64,000 bases of DNA from Euryarchaeota archaeon RBG_13_57_23 (GTDB lineage Archaea; Thermoplasmatota; Thermoplasmata; UBA10834): assembly GCA_001800675.1 (NCBI GenBank), contig MGVW01000035.1, forward strand, positions 6,731 through 70,730, given 5' to 3'. Below, in pieces: positions 60,501 through 64,000 of the stretch. A program made the position numbers and the translations under genes. The notes under the pieces were generated by a model. The model did not search any database, was not told where the DNA came from, and saw only the letters and a program-made list of their open reading frames with translations. The stretch's first letter is position 1. The number at the start of each line of letters is the position of its first letter.

Positions 60501-61788
60501 ATTCGTCAAGGTTGATATCCAGTGCTCAAAGCGCGTGGAAGGATTCCTCGAGACATGGAAGGACAAGGTGGCGCGCGAAACCCGGGCGCGGGCCTTCGAA
60601 GTGGTTGACTCCGTCAAAGGAGACTACATCGTCGAATGGAATGTCGACACCGAAGCCCTTGTCATCGGAGTCAGCTCGATGAAGGTGAAGCAGAACATCG
60701 ATATGCTGGCCGGCATACAGGGAATGACTCCAGAAAAGGCGCTCAGGATAGTCGAAGCCGGGTTCTCAACGTCCGCGCTGATCAAGAGTGCAAGTGCCGA
60801 GGACCTCTCACTGGTCGACGGGATCTCCAAGCTCGACGCCAAGAGGATTCATGACCACTTCCACCAGGGGGAGGAAGCTCCTCCAGCGGCACCAGCTCCT
60901 GGTCCGGCACCGCCCGCCCAGCCAGTTCCACAGCCGGAGGCCCCACGGGCGCCAGCGCCTGTGCAGGCACCACCACCTGCTCCGGAGTCTGTTGTCCAGG
61001 CGCCTGCTCCGGCTCAAGTGCCAGCTCCAGAGCCGCCACCGGTTCAGCAGGCCCCAGCGCCTGCACCTGTCCCCGCACCGCCACAAGAACCGTTCATCGA
61101 AACCCTGCGCAGGGTCGAGGGGATAACGCCAGAGGCCGCAAACGCGGTCTATGACGCAGGATACACCACTTCCCAATCGTTGAAGAACGCTACCGTCCCG
61201 GACCTCGTGAAGGTGAAGGGCGTCTCCGACAGGGCTGCCACACTGCTGATCGAGCACTTCATGAGCGAGCCCGCGGTCGCAGCGGGCAGGCCGGTCAAGG
61301 CGGAGATAAGATCCGCCCCGCAGGTCCAGGAACTGGAGAAATCGTTCTCCTACCTGGTAGAAGAGGACAAGCCTGAGACATCTTACCAGCTCTTCATGAA
61401 TTCTCTGAAGAAAGGGATGAGGGGCTACTGCGTAACTAGGAACTACCCCGCGAAGATACGGACGAAATTCGACCTGGGGGAAACGCCAGTGGTCTGGCTC
61501 TCGAATGTCGGTCGCGAGAACACCATCAGGCCCAAGGATCTCGAGAAGCTGAGTCTCTCGCTGGAGCAGTTCCTGTCGCAGCCGGGTGGAGGAGTCGTGC
61601 TCCTCGACGGACTGGAGTACCTTATCACCAACAACAACTTCATCACGGTCTTGAGGCTCATACAGTCACTTCGGGACCAGGTCGCCATAAATCAATCCAT
61701 CCTCCTGATGGCGGTGAACAGGTCCACGCTCGAGAGCCACCAGCTGAATTTGCTGGAGCGCGAAGTGGATTATACGATCACCGGATAA
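57529..61788 (+). CDS. ileS: Isoleucyl-tRNA synthetase with a 364-aa non-canonical C-terminal extension
   Basis: The class I core carries PPYTTGSIHVGTAWNK (HIGH-type) and GTPMSKSEG (KMSKS), plus the CP1 editing domain and Zn-cluster Cys pairs. The core ends near aa ~1056, but the ORF continues to 1,419 aa. Confidence 0.9.
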   Translation: MRQVDENYSPVQLEKDVRAQWDKARTYEKVKKALESGKTYYFVDGPPYTTGSIHVGTAWNKILKDTMVRYRRMQGLQVRDQPGFDMHGLPIEVRVEQSMGIKSKKEIEAQGIDKFISTCRDYAIRFKAKMTEEFKMLGVWLDWDKPYLTVDPNYIASVWWTLKQAYDKQLLTMDFRVLPWCPRCETALAEAEIEYWDETDPSIYVKFPVEGEVNTYLLVWTTTPWTIPGNLAAAVHPEFMYAFVRVKRGMLEETLIVLEEKLEELKKIAGIEEMTVLDRTKGSELVGVVYKHPLTDLVPYQSQVKGDAAHAVLSSETVTNESTGIVHIAPGHGPEDFELGKEYGLEPFSPVDETGSYTEDAGKHYAGKNVREANSMVISDLVERGAMFHQANITHRYGHCWRCHQPIIYRITDQWFLKVSEIKEQLNAANAQVKWYPEWAGASRERDWIANARDWCISRQRYWGTPLPIWNCECGNFRLVSSLEELKTAKGYVEGMDLHRPWIDKLSFTCEKCGKTMTRVPDVLDVWFDAGVCSWASLGYPASKEEFQKWWPCQWITEAHDQTRGWFYSQLVTGVVAFGRSPYDSVLMHGWALTPQGTPMSKSEGTAIDPIHIVNTLGADSLRLYLLKSNAPWEDVPFQPEGVKAANRTLNILWNVYKFATLYMSIDKFDPATVHLEHIAESLRPEDRWMLSRTETLKKEVSEAIESYELHRAARAIEVFVNEDLSRWYVKLVRDRLWKEGDDRDKTAAFKVLHEALSTAVAVMAPMTPHITEAMHANLNGKPESVHMLSWPGFDPRWIDTKLEEGMLMVREISELIARIRQDSNINLRWPLKRIVIKAQTQEVADSITVLKDALLSQNNIKELHIVPMGEEWDEMILGVVPNPNAIGKVYRQWSSKIAVMLKNRPARTIKAGIDKGEYSLGIEGQLVKILPNMVSFTSTVPPEVMGAQFAKGEVYIDLEQTPALEAEGFSREMIRRIQQMRKDMKLNVEEFVKVDIQCSKRVEGFLETWKDKVARETRARAFEVVDSVKGDYIVEWNVDTEALVIGVSSMKVKQNIDMLAGIQGMTPEKALRIVEAGFSTSALIKSASAEDLSLVDGISKLDAKRIHDHFHQGEEAPPAAPAPGPAPPAQPVPQPEAPRAPAPVQAPPPAPESVVQAPAPAQVPAPEPPPVQQAPAPAPVPAPPQEPFIETLRRVEGITPEAANAVYDAGYTTSQSLKNATVPDLVKVKGVSDRAATLLIEHFMSEPAVAAGRPVKAEIRSAPQVQELEKSFSYLVEEDKPETSYQLFMNSLKKGMRGYCVTRNYPAKIRTKFDLGETPVVWLSNVGRENTIRPKDLEKLSLSLEQFLSQPGGGVVLLDGLEYLITNNNFITVLRLIQSLRDQVAINQSILLMAVNRSTLESHQLNLLEREVDYTITG
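60694..61785 (+). other. IleRS C-terminal extension: HhH pair, Pro-rich linker, HhH pair, DUF835-like module
   Basis: HhH-1 at 60703-60861, linker at 60865-61092, HhH-2 at 61093-61260, DUF835-like module at 61342-61785 (SYLVEEDKPETSYQLFMNSLKKGMRGYCVTRNYP...GGGVVLLDGLEYLITNNNFITVLRLIQSLRD). Confidence 0.7.
60865..61092 (+). repeat. Low-complexity Ala/Pro/Gln/Val-rich coding tract (76 aa linker)
   Basis: QGEEAPPAAPAPGPAPPAQPVPQPEAPRAPAPVQAPPPAPESVVQAPAPAQVPAPEPPPVQQAPAPAPVPAPPQEP. It is an imperfect GCN/CCN-rich DNA repeat and is in frame. Confidence 0.8.
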
Positions 61789-61805
61789 TGCGACAATCCC
61801 TGCGG

Positions 61806-62585
61806 TCACAGGAGCCTGAGGATTATCTGTTGCAGTCCAGGGACGGTGTCGAACCTCGACACATCCCCCGGTTGTATCCATTCGAGAGATTGATGCTCCC
61901 AGTCGGTCCGGACATGGCGATCCTTCACATCGAACAGGAACGGGTGGACGCACCAGATGGTCGGGCCGTCCCTGAAGCACTGCGTGTCGATGTGTTTTGA
62001 GAGTCTCGCTCTGTCCCGTCCGATTTCCTCCTTCAGCTCACGCCTTGCAGCCGACTCGTCCGACTCTCCGCTCTCGATGAACCCGGACACGCCGGCCCAC
62101 ATGCCATTGTATGAGCCGACCTTGTCGCTCCTCTGGAGAAGCAGTATTCTCCCGGCGTTGCGGACGATGCACGTCACAACATGCCTCTCGTCTAACCCTA
62201 TGATCTCGACTGTTCCCCTGTTGGCATCCACAGACACATCGTCTCCAGTTCTCAGAAGGCCGACATCGATTCCGTCGACCATCGGCACATCGGCAATTAT
62301 GGCTCCCGTGGCCACTATCGGCTCTGCCGAGTTGTTGATTATCGCTGCCGGAGCCTTCTTGTTCAATCTCAGCTGGTACAGCGCGTAGGAGCCGACTGTG
62401 CTCCCCTTTCCGAACGGGAAGCAGAAGATCCTCCCGGAGATGCTCTCTCCTCTGGACTCGCACTCCTCATCCATGATTCTTCCAGTTAGCGGGTCAACGC
62501 CACCGAGGAACGAGATCGGGCTCTTGCAGACGACCGCCTTCCCCGAGGCCATCCCTCCCCTGATCCGCCTGCCCACAAACTTCAT
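61806..62585 (-). CDS. Fusion: aconitase-X swivel subunit (DUF126; putative phosphomevalonate dehydratase small subunit) plus Nudix hydrolase
   Basis: The N-terminal ~130 aa read SPISFLGGVDPLTG...FPFGKGSTVGSYALY (DUF126 pattern). The C-terminal ~125 aa carry a canonical Nudix box, GFIESGESDESAARRELKEEIG. The ATG at 62585 forms an ATGA overlap with the upstream gene. Confidence 0.8.
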   Translation of the reverse strand: MKFVGRRIRGGMASGKAVVCKSPISFLGGVDPLTGRIMDEECESRGESISGRIFCFPFGKGSTVGSYALYQLRLNKKAPAAIINNSAEPIVATGAIIADVPMVDGIDVGLLRTGDDVSVDANRGTVEIIGLDERHVVTCIVRNAGRILLLQRSDKVGSYNGMWAGVSGFIESGESDESAARRELKEEIGRDRARLSKHIDTQCFRDGPTIWCVHPFLFDVKDRHVRTDWEHQSLEWIQPGDVSRFDTVPGLQQIILRLL

Positions 62586-63763
62586 CTTGAGATCGCCTCC
62601 AGGAGAGCTGTCGTTGTCCGGAAGGACGCGCGTTGCCTGCCCAAGGTAGGCAAGTAGACCATCGCCTTTCCGCTGTCGGAGGCGGTCCGCTTGTACATCG
62701 ACTCGATTGGCGCGACTACCATGCACGTGTCGCATAGCACCTTTCCGAATTTCCGAAGGATTCCGATTTCCTTGGGGCAACTTCTGTAAACGTTTCTGGA
62801 GGTGCAGAACCAGACATCGCTGCTATTGGCTGGTTTCCGTCGCTTGAGATAACTGGCCATGCGCTTGATCTCGTTTCTTGAGCAGTGAGGGCACCCGATG
62901 GCCACGAGGTCCCAGTCATCATCCCCTCTCAGCCCGTCCGATAGCGACTCGAGCTCAGATATGGGCAGGGCGACGCGCTCTTCAATGAGAGAGGTGTCCA
63001 CCCTCTCCCGGTCGCCAGGCGCAGCGAACTCGTACATCGACACGGCACCGGTTGCTGCCATGGCGGCTCCGAATGCCTTGTGCTGGTCGGCAGTGAGCCG
63101 AAGGCCCGGCAGATACGGTATCCGCTTCCCCGCGATCTTGCCAACCAAGAACCCCGCCAGAGGTGCCAATCCCTCAGGAATCTCCTGAATGTCGATCCTA
63201 ACTCTGGGCGCCCTGTTCTCTGCAAGGTGCAAGCCGTATTCAGCTGTCTTTCCTATTATTGCCGCCGCCAGCGCGGATGGCCCGCCCTCCCTGTTGGTCA
63301 TGGCACCTAGATACGAGTTCGCGAACACGGTGGCTGATGATTCCGCCCAGGCTATGTGCTGACCCCCGCGAGGCCTGTTCCCAGCTAGATACGGCGTGCA
63401 AGTGTACAGTGGTTCAACGCCAAGAGACGCGTACGCTCTGACTATCCTCTCTTGCTTGGCGTGGAACTGCGAGCCTACCCCCATGGTCTTCCAGCGCCTC
63501 ACGTCCATGCCCAGGGGGTTCAATGAGGCCCTCACCGTGACCCTGGCCTGCTCGGAGAAGTCCTCGAGGAACTTGATGCCAGCGTCTCCAATCGTCTTGA
63601 AGGACGCTCCTGAGACCTGGGCGGAGGAGATCGGTATCAATCTCTTGGCTCGGTAGATGTCGCCGAGAGCGACCAGCAGCTCCATCGCCTTCTGTCTGCC
63701 GTGTCCTTCCTCGCCGACGAGAATGCGCTCTTCTCGGGCGGTTAGATGCATCGAACTGGTCAT
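62582..63763 (-). CDS. Aconitase-X catalytic subunit (DUF521; putative phosphomevalonate dehydratase large subunit)
   Basis: 393 aa. Its size and sequence pattern fit the DUF521 family, and it is translationally coupled to the DUF126-containing gene downstream. Confidence 0.75.
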   Translation of the reverse strand: MTSSMHLTAREERILVGEEGHGRQKAMELLVALGDIYRAKRLIPISSAQVSGASFKTIGDAGIKFLEDFSEQARVTVRASLNPLGMDVRRWKTMGVGSQFHAKQERIVRAYASLGVEPLYTCTPYLAGNRPRGGQHIAWAESSATVFANSYLGAMTNREGGPSALAAAIIGKTAEYGLHLAENRAPRVRIDIQEIPEGLAPLAGFLVGKIAGKRIPYLPGLRLTADQHKAFGAAMAATGAVSMYEFAAPGDRERVDTSLIEERVALPISELESLSDGLRGDDDWDLVAIGCPHCSRNEIKRMASYLKRRKPANSSDVWFCTSRNVYRSCPKEIGILRKFGKVLCDTCMVVAPIESMYKRTASDSGKAMVYLPTLGRQRASFRTTTALLEAISR

Positions 63764-63813
63764 TAGTGGACGCGTATAATAGAATGATGGAGGAGGGAGC
63801 GGGCCTGTCGGGA

Positions 63814-63836
63814 ATTTCGGGGATCTCCAAATCCCA
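63814..63836 (-). other. tRNA-Arg intron 2 (T-loop, position 59/60)
   Basis: TGGGATTTGGAGATCCCCGAAAT. The central helix TTCG/CGAA is flanked by the 3-nt bulges AA|T and AT|T, with an inner hairpin GGGAT-TTGGAG-ATCCC. Confidence 0.7.
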
Positions 63837-63857
63837 TTCGAACCCGAGTTTGAGGCT

Positions 63858-63880
63858 GTCTCCAGCGCGTTAAGTGCGCT
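63858..63880 (-). other. tRNA-Arg intron 1 (canonical position 37/38)
   Basis: AGCGCACTTAACGCGCTGGAGAC. The central 4-bp helix CTCC/GGAG is flanked by the 3-nt bulges GG|A and AC|A, with an inner hairpin GCGC-ACTTAAC-GCGC. Confidence 0.7.
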
Positions 63881-63940
63881 CCGGAGGCCTCAGTGATATC
63901 CAAGCTACACTACAGGCCCGTTTCCGTTGAAAGCCTAGTC

Positions 63941-63954
63941 CGTATATCTATCTT
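63941..63954 (-). promoter_or_regulatory. TATA box upstream of tRNA-Arg
   Basis: The minus strand reads AAGATAGATATACG, ending about 22 nt upstream of the tRNA 5' end. This matches the archaeal -26/-27 TATA position. Confidence 0.5.
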
Positions 63955-64000
63955 GGCACGGAGTGGGAAACGGGTCGTCAGAGCGTCAGCCCAATCATCA

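Larger units (their letters stand above)
63800..63919 (-). tRNA. tRNA-Arg (anticodon CCG) containing two 23-nt bulge-helix-bulge introns (37/38 and 59/60)
   Basis: A 120-nt gene. Acceptor GGGCCTG/CAGGCCC with discriminator G; anticodon stem GAGGC/GCCTC; T-stem TCGGG/CCCGA. Removing both introns gives a 74-nt cloverleaf with anticodon loop CTCCGGA and T-loop TTCGAAT. Confidence 0.75.

Noticed and set aside
60865-61092. Repetitive GCN/CCN DNA considered as a possible tandem repeat, CRISPR-like array or assembly artefact
   Set aside because: It has no regular repeat-spacer periodicity. It stays in frame and encodes an Ala/Pro/Gln linker between folded domains of IleRS. Similar Pro-rich tracts occur in three other proteins of the window.
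1-64000. Mobile elements, prophage, CRISPR-Cas or known defence systems as the source of novelty
   Set aside because: I saw no transposase, integrase, Cas, restriction-modification or toxin-antitoxin-like ORFs. There are no repeat-spacer arrays or terminal inverted repeats. Gene content is housekeeping and metabolic, with uniform composition.

Overview
This is a densely coding, GC-rich archaeal chromosomal window with about 58 protein genes and 4 tRNA genes. I saw no rRNA, CRISPR array, transposase, integrase or recognisable defence genes.

**Why archaeal:** it carries an archaeal/eukaryal-type PheRS beta subunit, FEN1, archaeal SAM synthetase and deoxyhypusine synthase. It also has the thiolase/HMG-CoA synthase/DUF35 trio, TATA-like promoter boxes and a tRNA with bulge-helix-bulge introns. 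The lineage cannot be fixed without searches. Class II HMG-CoA reductase together with AcnX-type phosphomevalonate dehydratase suggests an uncultured euryarchaeal or Thermoplasmatota-like group, at low confidence.

**Content, left to right:**
- MCP fragment and cheR
- ilvE, FAH, ilvC, ilvN, ilvB
- PLP enzyme and a non-pyrrolysine MttB-family methyltransferase
- tRNA-Leu, then leuB-like
- Deoxyhypusine synthase, CBS protein, CDF transporter
- Polyprenol-kinase-like protein, class II HMGR, mevalonate kinase
- PPAT::NTPase fusion and two paralogous Cys-rich miniproteins
- DMT transporter, tRNA-Ser, pheT, MFS transporter
- Two translationally coupled KaiC-like ATPases
- C45 hydrolase, tRNA-Ile, Lrp, nitroreductase
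- A double-Zn-ribbon coiled-coil protein followed by a 1,762-aa giant coiled-coil protein
- SAM synthetase
- kamA, divergent from a six-gene run (thiolase, HMGCS, DUF35, CoA-transferase alpha and beta, GSAM-like aminotransferase)
- dapF, D-aminoacylase, M20 deacylase, DmpA-type aminopeptidase, oppF, oppD
- RNase Z, MFS transporter, rpe, fen
- An elongated ileS
- AcnX small subunit::Nudix fusion and AcnX large subunit
- A two-intron tRNA-Arg

**Most unusual signal:** a P-loop-less KaiC/RecA-like module (it looks like DUF835) appears twice. One copy is the head of the giant proline-free coiled-coil protein. The other sits at the end of a 364-aa C-terminal extension of isoleucyl-tRNA synthetase that also carries RadA-N-terminal-like HhH pairs. 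Both copies align to the two intact KaiC-like ATPases encoded in the same window.

**Limits:** all functional calls rest on motif and architecture recognition by eye plus the supplied ORF track. No database search, HMM, structure prediction or statistics could be run. Coordinates of non-ORF features (tRNAs, hairpins, boxes) may be off by 1-2 nt.
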